This document shows positions 34,961 to 50,324 of a stretch of DNA of 64,000 nt, piece by piece (within the stretch, counting starts at the first letter, position 1; every line of letters starts with the position of its first letter). A model generated the notes under the pieces. It was not told the origin of the DNA, searched no databases, and was given only the letters and a program-made list of their open reading frames with translations. The translations under genes and the position numbers were made by a program. The stretch lies in the NCBI RefSeq assembly GCF_058153355.1, contig NZ_CM177019.1, one strand, 5' to 3'.

Positions 34961-36475
34961 ATGAGTTTTTCCGTTGATGTGCTGGCGAATATCGCCATCG
35001 AATTGCAGCGTGGGATTGGTCATCAGGATCGTTTTCAGCGCCTGATCACCACGCTGCGTCAGGTGCTGGAGTGCGATGCGTCTGCGTTGCTACGTTACGA
35101 CTCGCGGCAGTTTATTCCGCTTGCCATCGACGGACTGGCAAAGGATGTACTCGGTAGACGCTTTGCGCTGGAAGGGCATCCGCGGCTGGAAGCGATAGCC
35201 CGCGCCGGGGACGTGGTGCGCTTTCCCGCAGACAGCGAATTGCCCGATCCCTATGACGGTTTGATTCCCGGGCAGGAGAGTCTGAAGGTTCACGCCTGCG
35301 TTGGTCTGCCGTTATTTGCCGGACAAAACCTGATCGGTGCATTGACACTCGACGGGATGCAGCCCGATCAGTTCGATGTTTTCAGCGACGAAGAGTTACG
35401 GCTGATTGCCGCGCTGGCAGCGGGAGCGTTAAGCAATGCGTTGCTGATTGAACAACTGGAAAGTCAGAATATGCTGCCGGGCGATGCCGCGCCGTTTGAA
35501 GCGCTGAAAGAGACGCAGATGATCGGCCTGTCGCCAGGCATGACGCAATTGAAAAAAGAGATTGAGATTGTGGCGGCGTCCGATCTCAACGTCCTAATTA
35601 GCGGTGAGACGGGAACCGGTAAGGAGCTGGTGGCGAAAGCGATTCATGAAGCCTCGCCACGGGCGGTGAATCCGCTGGTCTATCTCAACTGTGCCGCACT
35701 GCCGGAAAGTGTGGCGGAAAGTGAACTGTTCGGGCATGTGAAAGGAGCGTTTACTGGCGCTATCAGTAACCGCAGCGGGAAGTTTGAAATGGCGGATAAC
35801 GGCACGCTGTTTCTGGATGAGATCGGCGAGTTGTCGTTGGCATTGCAGGCCAAGCTGCTGAGGGTGTTGCAGTATGGCGATATTCAGCGCGTTGGCGATG
35901 ACCGTAGTTTGCGGGTCGATGTGCGCGTGCTGGCGGCGACTAACCGCGACTTACGCGAAGAGGTGCTGGCAGGGCGATTTCGTGCTGACTTGTTTCATCG
36001 CCTGAGTGTGTTTCCGCTTTCGGTGCCGCCGCTGCGTGAGCGGGGTGATGACGTCATTCTGCTGGCGGGGTATTACTGCGAACAGTGCCGCCTGCGGTTG
36101 GGGCTTTCCCGCGTGGTGTTAAGTTCCGGGGCGCGGAATTTATTGCAACATTATAGTTTTCCGGGAAACGTGCGTGAACTGGAACATGCTATTCACCGGG
36201 CGGTAGTGCTGGCGAGAGCGACCCGCAGCGGCGATGAAGTGATTCTTGAAGCGCAACATTTTGCTTTTCCTGAGGTGACATTGCCGCCGCCAGAAGTGAC
36301 GGCGGTGCCCGTCGTTAAGCAAAACCTGCGTGAAGCGACAGAAGCGTTCCAGCGTGAAACCATTCGCCAGGCACTGGCAAAAAATCATCACAACTGGGCC
36401 GCCTGTGCGCGAATGCTGGAAACTGACGTCGCCAACCTGCATCGGTTGGCGAAACGTCTGGGGCTGAAGGATTAA
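34961..36475 (+). CDS. norR: Anaerobic nitric oxide reductase transcription regulator (sigma54-dependent)
   Basis: 504-aa ORF, GAF domain plus AAA+ sigma54 activator ([14 protein letters not shown]) plus HTH. Confidence 0.95.
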   Translation: MSFSVDVLANIAIELQRGIGHQDRFQRLITTLRQVLECDASALLRYDSRQFIPLAIDGLAKDVLGRRFALEGHPRLEAIARAGDVVRFPADSELPDPYDGLIPGQESLKVHACVGLPLFAGQNLIGALTLDGMQPDQFDVFSDEELRLIAALAAGALSNALLIEQLESQNMLPGDAAPFEALKETQMIGLSPGMTQLKKEIEIVAASDLNVLISGETGTGKELVAKAIHEASPRAVNPLVYLNCAALPESVAESELFGHVKGAFTGAISNRSGKFEMADNGTLFLDEIGELSLALQAKLLRVLQYGDIQRVGDDRSLRVDVRVLAATNRDLREEVLAGRFRADLFHRLSVFPLSVPPLRERGDDVILLAGYYCEQCRLRLGLSRVVLSSGARNLLQHYSFPGNVRELEHAIHRAVVLARATRSGDEVILEAQHFAFPEVTLPPPEVTAVPVVKQNLREATEAFQRETIRQALAKNHHNWAACARMLETDVANLHRLAKRLGLKD

Positions 36476-37437
36476 ATAATCCCGGCCTGATAGAAATCCT
36501 GCAGGTTAATCGCGCCGACGAGTTTGCCGTTTTCATCTACCACCGGTGCGGCGGTGATTTTGCGCTTCATCAGGATCTCTTTGGCGTCGATGGCGCGACT
36601 TTGCGATAGCAACGTCGTGCCGCCTGCCGTCATCGCTTCATTAACTGGCGTGGTGAGTGCACCGCCGCCAACCAGCCAGCGACGTAAATCCCCATCGGTA
36701 AAGACGCCTTTCACCAGCCGTTGATCGTCGCACACGGCTACCAGTCCCAGACCGGTGCGACTGAGTTCCAGCATCGCATCCATCACGCTGGCGGTTAACG
36801 CCACCTGCGGGATGGCGTCATCACGGCGCATCAGATGATGCACTTTGTTCAGCAAGCGAGCGCCCAGAGCCCCAGCTGGGTGGGAGCGGGCAAAATCTTC
36901 TTCATTAAATCCGCGCGCCTGCATGACCGCCATCGCCAGCGCGTCGCCCATCATCAGGGTATTGACGGTGCTGGAGGTCGGCGCAAGATGCATCGGGCAG
37001 GCTTCGCGTTCTACAGAGATATCCAGCACCGCTTTCGCCGCCAGGCCCAGCGGTGATGTCGGTTTACCGGTCATCGCCAGCAGCGCGATAGATTTGTCTT
37101 CCAGACGCGGAATAATCAGATCCAGTTCCTTTGCGCCACCGGAGTAAGAGATAAACAGCATCACATCGCGGCTTTCAATCATCCCCAGATCGCCGTGCAG
37201 TGCTTCTGCCGGATGGACAAAAAAAGCAGGCGTGCCGGTACTGGCAAGCGTTGCGGCGATTTTCTTACCAATGTGGCCCGATTTGCCAATTCCCGAAACC
37301 ACCACTTTGCCTTCGCAGTGCAGGATGATATTGGCGGCGCGAACAAAATCATCGCCCAGACGTTCTGGTAAACGGCTTGCTTCCTGCAACTCCAGCATTA
37401 ACGTCTGACGTCCCGCGTTCAGTAGTGCTTCACTCAT
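36472..37437 (-). CDS. gutQ: D-arabinose 5-phosphate isomerase
   Basis: 321-aa ORF, SIS domain plus tandem CBS. Confidence 0.93.
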   Translation of the reverse strand: MSEALLNAGRQTLMLELQEASRLPERLGDDFVRAANIILHCEGKVVVSGIGKSGHIGKKIAATLASTGTPAFFVHPAEALHGDLGMIESRDVMLFISYSGGAKELDLIIPRLEDKSIALLAMTGKPTSPLGLAAKAVLDISVEREACPMHLAPTSSTVNTLMMGDALAMAVMQARGFNEEDFARSHPAGALGARLLNKVHHLMRRDDAIPQVALTASVMDAMLELSRTGLGLVAVCDDQRLVKGVFTDGDLRRWLVGGGALTTPVNEAMTAGGTTLLSQSRAIDAKEILMKRKITAAPVVDENGKLVGAINLQDFYQAGII

Positions 37438-38203
37438 TGCTTTCTCCGGTTATGATCACATCGATCCCTTTCTCTTCCAGCGCCTGACGAAACGCCGGAT
37501 CGATACCTGCGTCGGTAATTAGCTTATCGACGCTTTCAAGACTGCAAACTACGTTGGGGCTTTTACGGCCAAACTTTGATGAGTCCGCCATCAAAATCAC
37601 TTCGCGCGCGGCATTGCACATTGCCTTACTGACGGTATAAACCTCGTTGAACGTGGTTACGCCCGCATTGAGATCGATGCCGTCGGTGCCCATAAACAAT
37701 TTATCGAAGCTGAAATGTTCGAAGGCATTCTCTGCCAGTTGCCCGTGAAATGAGGCCGATTTTTTACGAAATGTTCCGCCTGGCATCAGGATAGTTTGTT
37801 CGTTATCCAGTTCGGATAGCGCATTGACGATATGCAGGCTGTTGGTCATTACTGTGATGTTATTAAAGCGCGAGAGCAGGGGGACCATCTGCAAAACGGT
37901 ACTGCCAGCATCAAGAATGATTGAATCGCCATCATGAATAAAACTGACGGCAGCTTCTGCAATCAGCTCTTTCTTGTGGGTGTTGATGAGCGTTTTATGA
38001 TCGATAGGTGGATCGGATTCCTCTTTATTTAACACCACGCCGCCATAGGTACGAATGACGGTTCCAGCATGTTCCAGAATGACCAGATCTTTGCGAATGG
38101 TTGTGCCTGTGGTGTCAAAGTATTGCGCCAATTCTTCAACCGAGCATTTCCCCTGCTTTTGCAGGTACTCCAGAATGGCGGCCTGACGCTGACGAGGTTT
38201 CAT
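37430..38203 (-). CDS. srlR: Glucitol operon repressor (DeoR family)
   Basis: 257-aa ORF with N-terminal HTH. Confidence 0.93.
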   Translation of the reverse strand: MKPRQRQAAILEYLQKQGKCSVEELAQYFDTTGTTIRKDLVILEHAGTVIRTYGGVVLNKEESDPPIDHKTLINTHKKELIAEAAVSFIHDGDSIILDAGSTVLQMVPLLSRFNNITVMTNSLHIVNALSELDNEQTILMPGGTFRKKSASFHGQLAENAFEHFSFDKLFMGTDGIDLNAGVTTFNEVYTVSKAMCNAAREVILMADSSKFGRKSPNVVCSLESVDKLITDAGIDPAFRQALEEKGIDVIITGESNE

Positions 38204-38269
38204 GGGCGTGATTACCTGATTTAGGTTTCAAAATGATAACTTCGCAAGCTAGTAACATTCACAACGAAA

Positions 38270-38629
38270 TTATCCACGTTTCAGTTTAAGCGCCAATGAT
38301 AGAGCATTCTGTGATAGTGGATCATGGGGAAAGATCACATCGGGCTGTAAATCAGCAGAATGCATGCCCGTAATTGCGGGAATTTTTTGCGGTCGGGCGA
38401 AGACAGTCAGTCCTTTCATAAACAAGGTGTCGACGATGCGCTGCTGATCGTCCAGGGCGATGGCGACCACGACCCGCGGTTTAAAGCGCCCGCTGGAACG
38501 GCCCACGCCAACCCGCCCTTGCTGGCATAGTGTGTCGAAGGCACGGTTAAAACGAGAAATTTGCCAGCCGCCTAAGGCCAGTTGCGCACACCAGGCGATA
38601 ACGGCGACGGTGATGAGTGCGGATACCAT
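38270..38629 (-). CDS. gutM: Glucitol operon activator
   Basis: 119-aa ORF in conserved position. Confidence 0.9.
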   Translation of the reverse strand: MVSALITVAVIAWCAQLALGGWQISRFNRAFDTLCQQGRVGVGRSSGRFKPRVVVAIALDDQQRIVDTLFMKGLTVFARPQKIPAITGMHSADLQPDVIFPHDPLSQNALSLALKLKRG

Positions 38630-38664
38630 AACTTTTCCTTAATGTAGTGGCGAAAGTCCTGTAT

Positions 38665-38689
38665 GCCTGATGCGCGTAGCGCATCAGGC
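38665..38689. repeat. Perfect palindromic hairpin between srlD and gutM
   Basis: gcctgatgcgcgtagcgcatcaggc, followed by a second hairpin cggagatccttaacggatctccg. Confidence 0.6.
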
Positions 38690-38734
38690 ATTCTATTAGT
38701 CTCACGGAGATCCTTAACGGATCTCCGCTGTTGA

Positions 38735-39889
<1,155 letters not shown>

Positions 39890-39899
39890 GTTTCAGCCT

Positions 39900-41437
<1,538 letters not shown>

Positions 41438-41674
41438 TTATTGTTTTATTACCAAACGGCAACCTAATCTAATCAGATTGAAAGATTTAAAAGTGTTATT
41501 TTGATCGCAAAATGAAAGATAAATATTTTAATTTGAAAGTTTAAATGAAAGGATAGCGAGGAGAATGAGTTGAGTTATGTAAAGTCCGTATCGGGCAGTG
41601 ACTACCGCTTCCTTGTGCGGGGCGTGATGCTTTACCATACTTGCCCCTGGTTGAATCTGTTAAATGGACCCCTC

Positions 41675-42760
41675 ATGTTCAAGCGTCGTTATGTAACATT
41701 GCTTCCCCTTTTTGTGTTGCTTGCCGCCTGTAGCAGCAAGCCAAAACCTACTGAGACTGAAACGACCACCGGAACGCCGTCTGGCGGCTTCCTGCTTGAG
41801 CCGCAGCACAATGTGATGCAGATGGGCGGCGATTTCGCTAACAACCCGAATGCCCAGCAGTTCATCGACAAAATGGTGAGCAAACACGGTTTCAATCGTC
41901 AGCAGTTGCAGGAAATTCTCTCCCAGGCGAAACGTCTGGATTCGGTATTGCGGCTGATGGATAACCAGGCACCAACCACATCGGTGAAACCGCCATCAGG
42001 TCCGAACGGCGCATGGCTGCGTTATCGCAAAAAATTTATTACGCCGGACAACGTGCAAAACGGCGTGGTTTTCTGGAATCAGTATGAAGACGCGTTGAAT
42101 CGTGCGTGGCAGGTGTATGGTGTACCGCCGGAAATTATCGTCGGGATTATCGGCGTCGAAACTCGCTGGGGACGCGTGATGGGGAAAACTCGTATCCTCG
42201 ATGCGCTGGCAACGTTGTCATTTAACTACCCACGCCGCGCGGAGTATTTCTCTGGTGAGCTGGAAACCTTCTTGCTGATGGCGCGCGACGAGCAGGACGA
42301 TCCGCTCAATCTGAAAGGCTCGTTTGCCGGTGCGATGGGCTACGGTCAGTTTATGCCATCGTCTTATAAACAATATGCAGTGGATTTTAGCGGCGACGGG
42401 CATATCAACCTGTGGGATCCGGTTGATGCCATCGGTAGCGTGGCGAACTATTTCAAAGCGCACGGCTGGGTGAAAGGTGATCAGGTTGCGGTAATGGCAA
42501 ACGGTCAGGCTCCAGGCTTGCCAAATGGCTTCAAAACCAAGTACAGCATTTCGCAGCTTGCCGCGGCAGGTTTAACGCCACAGCAGCCGCTGGGCAACCA
42601 TCAGCAGGCCAGCTTACTGCGCCTGGATGTTGGCACCGGTTACCAGTACTGGTACGGTTTGCCGAACTTCTACACTATCACCCGTTACAATCACAGCACC
42701 CATTACGCAATGGCCGTCTGGCAGTTAGGACAAGCCGTGGCACTGGCGCGCGTTCAGTAA
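41675..42760 (+). CDS. mltB: Membrane-bound lytic murein transglycosylase B
   Basis: 361 aa from MFKRRYVTLLPLFVLLAACSSKP (lipobox LAAC); upstream extension rejected. Confidence 0.93.
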   Translation: MFKRRYVTLLPLFVLLAACSSKPKPTETETTTGTPSGGFLLEPQHNVMQMGGDFANNPNAQQFIDKMVSKHGFNRQQLQEILSQAKRLDSVLRLMDNQAPTTSVKPPSGPNGAWLRYRKKFITPDNVQNGVVFWNQYEDALNRAWQVYGVPPEIIVGIIGVETRWGRVMGKTRILDALATLSFNYPRRAEYFSGELETFLLMARDEQDDPLNLKGSFAGAMGYGQFMPSSYKQYAVDFSGDGHINLWDPVDAIGSVANYFKAHGWVKGDQVAVMANGQAPGLPNGFKTKYSISQLAAAGLTPQQPLGNHQQASLLRLDVGTGYQYWYGLPNFYTITRYNHSTHYAMAVWQLGQAVALARVQ

Positions 42761-42798
42761 CTCTTTGCAAGAGGGAGGTTAAACTTCCCTCTGTTTTC

Positions 42799-43038
42799 TT
42801 ACTGTTTATTCGAATGACGTAATTGCTTGATTTTTTTCGACAGCGATATCGCATATCCCAGGCAGACAACGCCTAACGCAGCCTGACCGAAGTCGAAAGG
42901 TTCAAGGTAGCCAGAAGATAAAATTTTACATATCACTGAAACCAGTGCGCCGATGCCACCAATGATGACCCAAATACGCATTTGCGTGGTTTGTTTAAGC
43001 ACGTTTTGTGGCGTGTTATCCGTTTTCTTTGTTGCCAT
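42799..43038 (-). CDS. Candidate small membrane protein (~79 aa; alternative start gives ~60 aa)
   Basis: ORF from MATKKTDNT with a gggagag Shine-Dalgarno ~8 nt upstream; two hydrophobic helices (IWVIIGGIGALVSVICKIL, AALGVVCLGYAISL). Confidence 0.3.
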   Translation of the reverse strand: MATKKTDNTPQNVLKQTTQMRIWVIIGGIGALVSVICKILSSGYLEPFDFGQAALGVVCLGYAISLSKKIKQLRHSNKQ

Positions 43039-43217
43039 TGCTATTCTCTCCCTGTGAATACATATCAATGTGAACGCGGCATGGTAGCGCTTTTTCTTTA
43101 CCGACTGGTCGCAACAGTCTTTTTCCGGAACGCAACTCGTAAAATCAATCGCTCGTCCCCATCTTCTGCGGGAAAGTGCTATCTTGTCCGGCATATATTT
43201 TTTGACTGACTGAGGTT

Positions 43218-43714
43218 GTGATGATTGACAGTGAACTGATGCAGTTAAGCGAACAGGTAGGGCAGGCGCTGAAAGCCCGTGGCGCAACCGTAACAACTGC
43301 CGAGTCTTGTACCGGCGGTTGGGTAGCGAAAGTGATTACCGATATTGCCGGTAGTTCCGCCTGGTTTGAACGCGGATTTGTCACCTACAGTAACGAAGCC
43401 AAAGCGCAGATGATCGGCGTACGCGAAGAGACGCTGGCGCAGCACGGCGCGGTGAGCGAACCCGTCGTGGTGGAAATGGCGATAGGCGCACTGAAAGCGG
43501 CTCGTGCTGATTATGCCGTGTCTATCAGCGGTATCGCTGGGCCGGATGGCGGCAGTGAAGAGAAACCTGTCGGCACTGTCTGGTTTGCTTTTGCCACTGC
43601 CCGCGGCGAAGGCATTACCCGCCGGGAATGCTTCAGCGGTGACCGTGATGCGGTGCGTCGTCAGGCTACTGCGTATGCATTGCAAACCTTGTGGCAACAA
43701 TTTCTACAAAACAC

Positions 43715-43718
<4 letters not shown>
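43218..43718 (+). CDS. pncC: NMN amidohydrolase (CinA C-terminal domain protein)
   Basis: 165/166-aa ORF immediately upstream of recA. Confidence 0.92.
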
Positions 43719-44859
<1,141 letters not shown>

Positions 44860-44877
44860 TCGTCTTGTTTGATACAC

Positions 44878-44909
44878 AAGGGTCGCATCTGCGGCCCTTT
44901 TGCTTTTTA
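44878..44909 (+). terminator. recA terminator
   Basis: GC-rich hairpin (gggtcgcatctgcggccc) followed by ttttgcttttt. Confidence 0.6.
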
Positions 44910-44926
44910 AGTTGTAAGGGTATGCC

Positions 44927-45427
44927 ATGACAGAATCAACATCCCGTCGCCCGGCATATGCTCGCCTGTTGGATCGTGCGGTACGCATTCTGGCGGTGCG
45001 CGATCACAGTGAGCAAGAACTGCGGCGTAAACTCGCGGCACCGATTATGGGCAAAAATGGCCCGGAAGAGATTGATGCCACGGCAGAAGATTACGAGCGT
45101 GTTATTGCCTGGTGCCATGAACATGGCTATCTCGATGACAGCCGATTTGTGGCGCGCTTTATCGCCAGCCGGAGCCGCAAAGGTTACGGTCCGGCGCGTA
45201 TCCGTCAGGAACTGAATCAGAAAGGTCTTTCCCGCGAGGCGACAGAAAAAGCGATGCGTGAATGTGACATCGACTGGTGTGCACTGGCGCGCGATCAGGC
45301 GACGCGAAAATATGGCGAACCTTTGCCAACTGTCTTTTCAGAAAAAGTTAAGATCCAGCGTTTTCTGCTCTATCGCGGCTATCTGATGGAGGATATCCAG
45401 GATATTTGGCGAAATTTTGCCGACTGA
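44927..45427 (+). CDS. recX: RecA regulator RecX
   Basis: 166-aa ORF. Confidence 0.93.
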   Translation: MTESTSRRPAYARLLDRAVRILAVRDHSEQELRRKLAAPIMGKNGPEEIDATAEDYERVIAWCHEHGYLDDSRFVARFIASRSRKGYGPARIRQELNQKGLSREATEKAMRECDIDWCALARDQATRKYGEPLPTVFSEKVKIQRFLLYRGYLMEDIQDIWRNFAD

Positions 45428-45554
45428 ACGCATACGGTATTTTACTTCCCAGTCAAGAAAACTTATCTTATTCCCACTTTTCAGTTACCAGCCCGGCGGT
45501 TAAGACACGCTGTAGCTGGTGGCGATATTTCGTTAGCTTGATTTCAGGATAATT

Positions 45555-48185
45555 ATGAGCAAGAGCACCGCTGAGATCCGTCAGGCGTTTCTCGACTTTT
45601 TCCATAGTAAGGGACATCAGGTAGTTGCCAGCAGCTCCCTGGTACCCCATAACGACCCAACTTTGTTGTTTACCAACGCCGGGATGAACCAGTTCAAGGA
45701 TGTGTTCCTTGGGCTCGACAAGCGTAATTATTCCCGCGCTACCACTTCCCAACGCTGCGTGCGTGCGGGTGGTAAACACAACGACCTGGAAAACGTCGGT
45801 TACACCGCGCGTCACCATACCTTCTTCGAAATGCTGGGCAACTTCAGCTTCGGCGACTATTTCAAACACGATGCTATTCAGTTTGCATGGGAACTGCTGA
45901 CCAGCGAAAAATGGTTTGCCCTGCCGAAAGAGCGTCTATGGGTTACCGTCTATGAAAGCGACGACGAAGCCTACGAAATCTGGGAAAAAGAAGTAGGGAT
46001 CCCGCGCGAACGTATTATTCGCATCGGCGATAACAAAGGTGCGCCATACGCATCTGACAACTTCTGGCAGATGGGTGACACTGGTCCGTGTGGCCCGTGC
46101 ACCGAAATCTTTTACGATCACGGCGACCACATTTGGGGTGGCCCTCCGGGAAGTCCGGAAGAAGACGGCGACCGTTACATTGAGATTTGGAACATCGTCT
46201 TCATGCAGTTCAACCGCCAGGCAGATGGCACGATGGAACCGCTGCCGAAGCCGTCTGTAGATACCGGTATGGGTCTGGAGCGTATTGCTGCGGTGCTGCA
46301 ACACGTTAACTCTAACTATGACATTGACCTGTTCCGCACGCTGATCCAGGCAGTAGCGAAAGTCACTGGTGCGACCGATCTGAGCAATAAATCACTGCGC
46401 GTAATCGCTGACCACATTCGTTCTTGTGCGTTCCTGATCGCGGATGGCGTAATGCCGTCCAACGAAAACCGTGGTTATGTACTGCGTCGTATCATTCGTC
46501 GCGCAGTGCGTCACGGTAATATGCTCGGCGCGAAAGAAACCTTCTTCTACAAACTGGTTGGTCCGCTGATCGACGTTATGGGCTCTGCGGGTGAAGACCT
46601 GAAACGCCAGCAGGCACAGGTTGAGCAGGTGCTGAAGACTGAAGAAGAACAGTTTGCCCGCACTCTGGAGCGCGGTCTGGCGCTGCTGGACGAAGAGCTG
46701 GCGAAACTTTCTGGCGATACGCTGGATGGCGAAACTGCTTTCCGTCTGTACGACACCTACGGTTTCCCAGTTGACCTGACGGCTGATGTTTGTCGTGAAC
46801 GCAACATCAAAGTTGACGAAGCTGGTTTTGAAGCAGCAATGGAAGAGCAGCGTCGTCGTGCGCGCGAAGCCAGCGGCTTTGGTGCCGATTACAACGCAAT
46901 GATCCGTGTTGACAGTGCATCTGAATTTAAAGGCTATGACCATCTGGAACTGAACGGCAAAGTGACTGCGCTGTTTGTTGATGGTAAAGCGGTTGATGCC
47001 ATCAATGCAGGCCAGGAAGCTGTGGTCGTGCTGGATCAAACGCCATTCTATGCGGAATCTGGCGGTCAGGTTGGCGATAAAGGCGAACTGAAAGGCGTTA
47101 ACTTCTCCTTTGCGGTGGAAGATACGCAGAAATACGGCCAGGCGATTGGTCACATCGGTAAACTTGCTGCGGGTTCTCTGAAAGTGGGCGACGCGGTGCA
47201 GGCTGATGTTGATGAGGCTCGTCGCGCTCGTATTCGTCTGAATCACTCCGCAACGCACCTGATGCACGCTGCGCTGCGCCAGGTTCTGGGTACTCATGTA
47301 TCGCAGAAAGGTTCACTGGTTAACGACAAAGTGCTGCGCTTCGACTTTTCACACAACGAAGCGATGAAACCAGAAGAGATTCGTGCGGTTGAAGACCTGG
47401 TGAACGCGCAGATTCGCCGTAACTTGCCGATCGAAACCAACATCATGGATCTCGAAGCGGCGAAAGCGAAAGGTGCGATGGCGCTGTTTGGCGAGAAGTA
47501 TGATGAGCGCGTACGCGTGCTGAGCATGGGCGATTTCTCCACCGAGCTGTGTGGCGGTACTCACGCCAGCCGCACCGGTGATATTGGTCTGTTCCGCATC
47601 ATCTCTGAATCGGGTACTGCTGCAGGTGTTCGTCGTATCGAAGCGGTAACCGGAGAAGGCGCTATCGCCACCGTTCATGCAGACAGCGATCGCTTAAGCG
47701 AAGTCGCACATCTGTTGAAAGGCGATAGCAATAATCTGGCTGATAAAGTGCGCTCAGTACTAGAACGTACGCGTCAGCTGGAAAAAGAGTTACAACAGCT
47801 TAAAGAACAAGCTGCCGCACAGGAGAGCGCAAATCTTTCCAGTAAGGCAATTGATGTTAATGGTGTTAAGCTGTTGGTTAGCGAGCTTAGCGGTGTTGAG
47901 CCGAAAATGTTGCGTACCATGGTTGACGATTTAAAAAATCAGCTGGGGTCGACAATTATCGTGCTGGCAACGGTAGCCGAAGGTAAGGTTTCTCTGATTG
48001 CAGGCGTATCTAAGGACGTCACAGATCGTGTGAAAGCCGGGGAACTGATTGGTATGGTCGCTCAGCAGGTGGGCGGCAAGGGTGGTGGACGTCCTGACAT
48101 GGCGCAAGCCGGTGGTACGGATGCTGCGGCCTTACCTGCAGCGTTAGCCAGTGTGAAAGGCTGGGTCAGCGCGAAATTGCAATAA
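45555..48185 (+). CDS. alaS: Alanine--tRNA ligase
   Basis: 876-aa [24 protein letters not shown]... Confidence 0.98.
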   Translation: MSKSTAEIRQAFLDFFHSKGHQVVASSSLVPHNDPTLLFTNAGMNQFKDVFLGLDKRNYSRATTSQRCVRAGGKHNDLENVGYTARHHTFFEMLGNFSFGDYFKHDAIQFAWELLTSEKWFALPKERLWVTVYESDDEAYEIWEKEVGIPRERIIRIGDNKGAPYASDNFWQMGDTGPCGPCTEIFYDHGDHIWGGPPGSPEEDGDRYIEIWNIVFMQFNRQADGTMEPLPKPSVDTGMGLERIAAVLQHVNSNYDIDLFRTLIQAVAKVTGATDLSNKSLRVIADHIRSCAFLIADGVMPSNENRGYVLRRIIRRAVRHGNMLGAKETFFYKLVGPLIDVMGSAGEDLKRQQAQVEQVLKTEEEQFARTLERGLALLDEELAKLSGDTLDGETAFRLYDTYGFPVDLTADVCRERNIKVDEAGFEAAMEEQRRRAREASGFGADYNAMIRVDSASEFKGYDHLELNGKVTALFVDGKAVDAINAGQEAVVVLDQTPFYAESGGQVGDKGELKGVNFSFAVEDTQKYGQAIGHIGKLAAGSLKVGDAVQADVDEARRARIRLNHSATHLMHAALRQVLGTHVSQKGSLVNDKVLRFDFSHNEAMKPEEIRAVEDLVNAQIRRNLPIETNIMDLEAAKAKGAMALFGEKYDERVRVLSMGDFSTELCGGTHASRTGDIGLFRIISESGTAAGVRRIEAVTGEGAIATVHADSDRLSEVAHLLKGDSNNLADKVRSVLERTRQLEKELQQLKEQAAAQESANLSSKAIDVNGVKLLVSELSGVEPKMLRTMVDDLKNQLGSTIIVLATVAEGKVSLIAGVSKDVTDRVKAGELIGMVAQQVGGKGGGRPDMAQAGGTDAAALPAALASVKGWVSAKLQ

Positions 48186-48419
48186 TATAAGCGTCAGGCA
48201 ATGCCGTGGACTCGCTTCACGGCATTCGCATTAACGCTATCGACAACGATAAAGTCAGGTTGAAGTTGTGTATATCGGCTAAACTTAGGTTTAACAGAAT
48301 GTAATGCCATGACTGCTTACATGTAATGTGTTTGTCATTGCTTACTTTTTGGCGTTATATGATGGATAATGCCGGGATACAGAGAGACCCGACTCTTTTA
48401 ATCTTTCAAGGAGCAAAGA

Positions 48420-48605
48420 ATGCTGATTCTGACTCGTCGAGTTGGTGAGACCCTCATGATTGGGGATGAGGTCACCGTGACAGTTTTAGGGGTAAAGGGC
48501 AACCAGGTACGTATTGGCGTAAATGCCCCGAAGGAAGTTTCTGTTCACCGTGAAGAGATCTACCAGCGTATCCAGGCTGAAAAATCCCAGCAGTCCAGTT
48601 ACTAA
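48420..48605 (+). CDS. csrA: Carbon storage regulator
   Basis: 61-aa [64 protein letters not shown]. Confidence 0.98.
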
Positions 48606-48919
48606 TCTTTCCGCGTCTCATCTTTATCGGTGAGACGCACCCTCAAAATTCCTCCTTCACTCCATTGTTTTTTCGCTTTACTCCCGTTCATTCAACTTTA
48701 GTCTCCATTTTTTGCATTACTGCTATCTGTCAGACCTCCGTTTTTCTGTTGATAAAACACTCTTTTTGACGTTTTTATAGACTAATTGAGCGTGAAGTGT
48801 GCAAACGATAAAAGTGTGGGAAAAATTGTTTGACTTATAAGTCTCAGAAAGTAATATGTGCGCCACGCAGCGACGATGAGCGATAAACAAGTTCTTCGAA
48901 GCACTCGTAAGAGGCGTGT

Positions 48920-49012
48920 GGTGAGGTGGCCGAGAGGCTGAAGGCGCTCCCCTGCTAAGGGAGTATGCGGTCAAAAGCTGCATCCGGGGTTCGAATCCCC
49001 GCCTCACCGCCA
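48920..49012 (+). tRNA. serV: tRNA-Ser (GCU)
   Basis: 93-nt GGTGAGGTGGCCGAGAGGC...CGCCTCACCGCCA with long variable arm and encoded CCA. Confidence 0.95.
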
Positions 49013-49015
49013 TTT

Positions 49016-49092
49016 GCATCCGTAGCTCAGCTGGATAGAGTACTCGGCTACGAACCGAGCGGTCGGAGGTTCGAATCCTCCCGGATGCACCA
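49016..49092 (+). tRNA. argV: tRNA-Arg (ACG), copy 1
   Basis: 77-nt GCATCCGTAGCTCAGCTGGATAGAGTACTCGGCTACGAACCGAGCGGTCGGAGGTTCGAATCCTCCCGGATGCACCA; anticodon loop CT-ACG-AA. Confidence 0.95.
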
Positions 49093-49155
49093 TATTCTAC
49101 GAAATCTTCAGCGATGAAGGTGTCGAAGAGGTGGCGGTACTAACCGCAAGCACTA

Positions 49156-49227
49156 GGGAGGATAACGTTGCTTTAGCAACGGCCCGAAGGGCGAGCCGTA
49201 AGGCGAGTAATCCTCCCGGATGCACCA
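49156..49227 (+). other. Degenerate tRNA-Arg remnant (3' acceptor/T-stem half retained, body replaced)
   Basis: gggagg...[unrelated ~50 nt]...aatcctcccggatgcacca; the last 19 nt are identical to the 3' end of the intact copies. Confidence 0.5.
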
Positions 49228-49291
49228 TCTCTTACTTGATACGGCTTTAGTAGCGGTATCAAAAAATCTGCAGTAAAGTAAGTTTCCCGAT

Positions 49292-49368
49292 GCATCCGTA
49301 GCTCAGCTGGATAGAGTACTCGGCTACGAACCGAGCGGTCGGAGGTTCGAATCCTCCCGGATGCACCA
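49292..49368 (+). tRNA. tRNA-Arg (ACG), copy 2
   Basis: Identical 77-nt sequence to copy 1. Confidence 0.95.
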
Positions 49369-49470
49369 TATTCTCCGTAATCATCAGTGATGATGGTTAA
49401 GATGGATTTTCTTATTTGATATGGCTTTAGTAGCGGTATCAATATCAGCAGTAAAATAAGTTTTCCCGAT

Positions 49471-49547
49471 GCATCCGTAGCTCAGCTGGATAGAGTACTC
49501 GGCTACGAACCGAGCGGTCGGAGGTTCGAATCCTCCCGGATGCACCA
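49471..49547 (+). tRNA. tRNA-Arg (ACG), copy 3
   Basis: Identical 77-nt sequence to copy 1. Confidence 0.95.
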
Positions 49548-49757
49548 TATTCTCCGTAACCTTCAGCAATGAACGTATCGAAGAGGTAGCGGTACTAACC
49601 GCAGGCACCATCTTCTCCAAAAAATCCCCTTCAAAAATATTTCATTTCTAAATAACTATTTTATCCATTTCCTGAATATTCTTCTCCTTCGCCATCAGCG
49701 ACAAAATCAAGCAATTACGCTAAAGTAGCGTCATATTTTTCGACTTGCGAGAAGACC

Positions 49758-50324
49758 ATGTACGAGCGTTATGCAGGTTTAATTTTTGATATGGATGGCA
49801 CAATCTTGGATACGGAGCCTACGCACCGTAAAGCGTGGCGCGAAGTATTAGGGCACTACGGTCTTCAATACGATGTTCAGGCGATGATTGCGCTTAATGG
49901 CTCGCCCACGTGGCGCATTGCTCAGGCGATTATTGAGCTTAATCAGGCCGATCTCGACCCGCATGCGCTGGCGCGTGAAAAAACAGAAGCAGTCAGAAGC
50001 ATGTTACTCGATAGCGTCGAACCACTCCCCCTTGTTGAAGTGGTGAAAAGCTGGCACGGACGTCGACCAATGGCTGTAGGAACGGGGAGTGAAAGCGCCA
50101 TCGCTGAGGCACTGCTAACGCACCTGGGATTACGCCGTTATTTTGACGCCGTCGTTGCTGCCGATCACGTCAAACATCATAAACCTGCGCCAGACACATT
50201 TTTGTTGTGCGCGCAGCGTATGGGCGTGCAACCAACACAGTGTGTGGTCTTTGAAGATGCTGATTTCGGTATTCAGGCGGCCCGTGCTGCAGGCATGGAC
50301 GCTGTGGATGTTCGCTTGCTGTGA
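49758..50324 (+). CDS. yqaB: HAD-family sugar phosphatase
   Basis: 188-aa ORF with DxDG HAD motif (FDMDGTILDTE). Confidence 0.9.
   Translation: MYERYAGLIFDMDGTILDTEPTHRKAWREVLGHYGLQYDVQAMIALNGSPTWRIAQAIIELNQADLDPHALAREKTEAVRSMLLDSVEPLPLVEVVKSWHGRRPMAVGTGSESAIAEALLTHLGLRRYFDAVVAADHVKHHKPAPDTFLLCAQRMGVQPTQCVVFEDADFGIQAARAAGMDAVDVRLL

Noticed and set aside
46392-47297. 301-aa minus-strand ORF inside alaS
   Set aside because: Antisense shadow of alaS.
48920-49547. Possible CRISPR array (tandem ~77-nt repeats with spacers)
   Set aside because: The repeats are complete tRNA-Arg genes with cloverleaf sequence and CCA ends, spacers are of unequal length, and there are no cas genes nearby.
49173-49620. 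ORFs 49173..49442 and 49384..49620 across the tRNA-Arg array
   Set aside because: They run through tRNA genes and spacers; the repeated tRNA sequence produces artefactual open frames.
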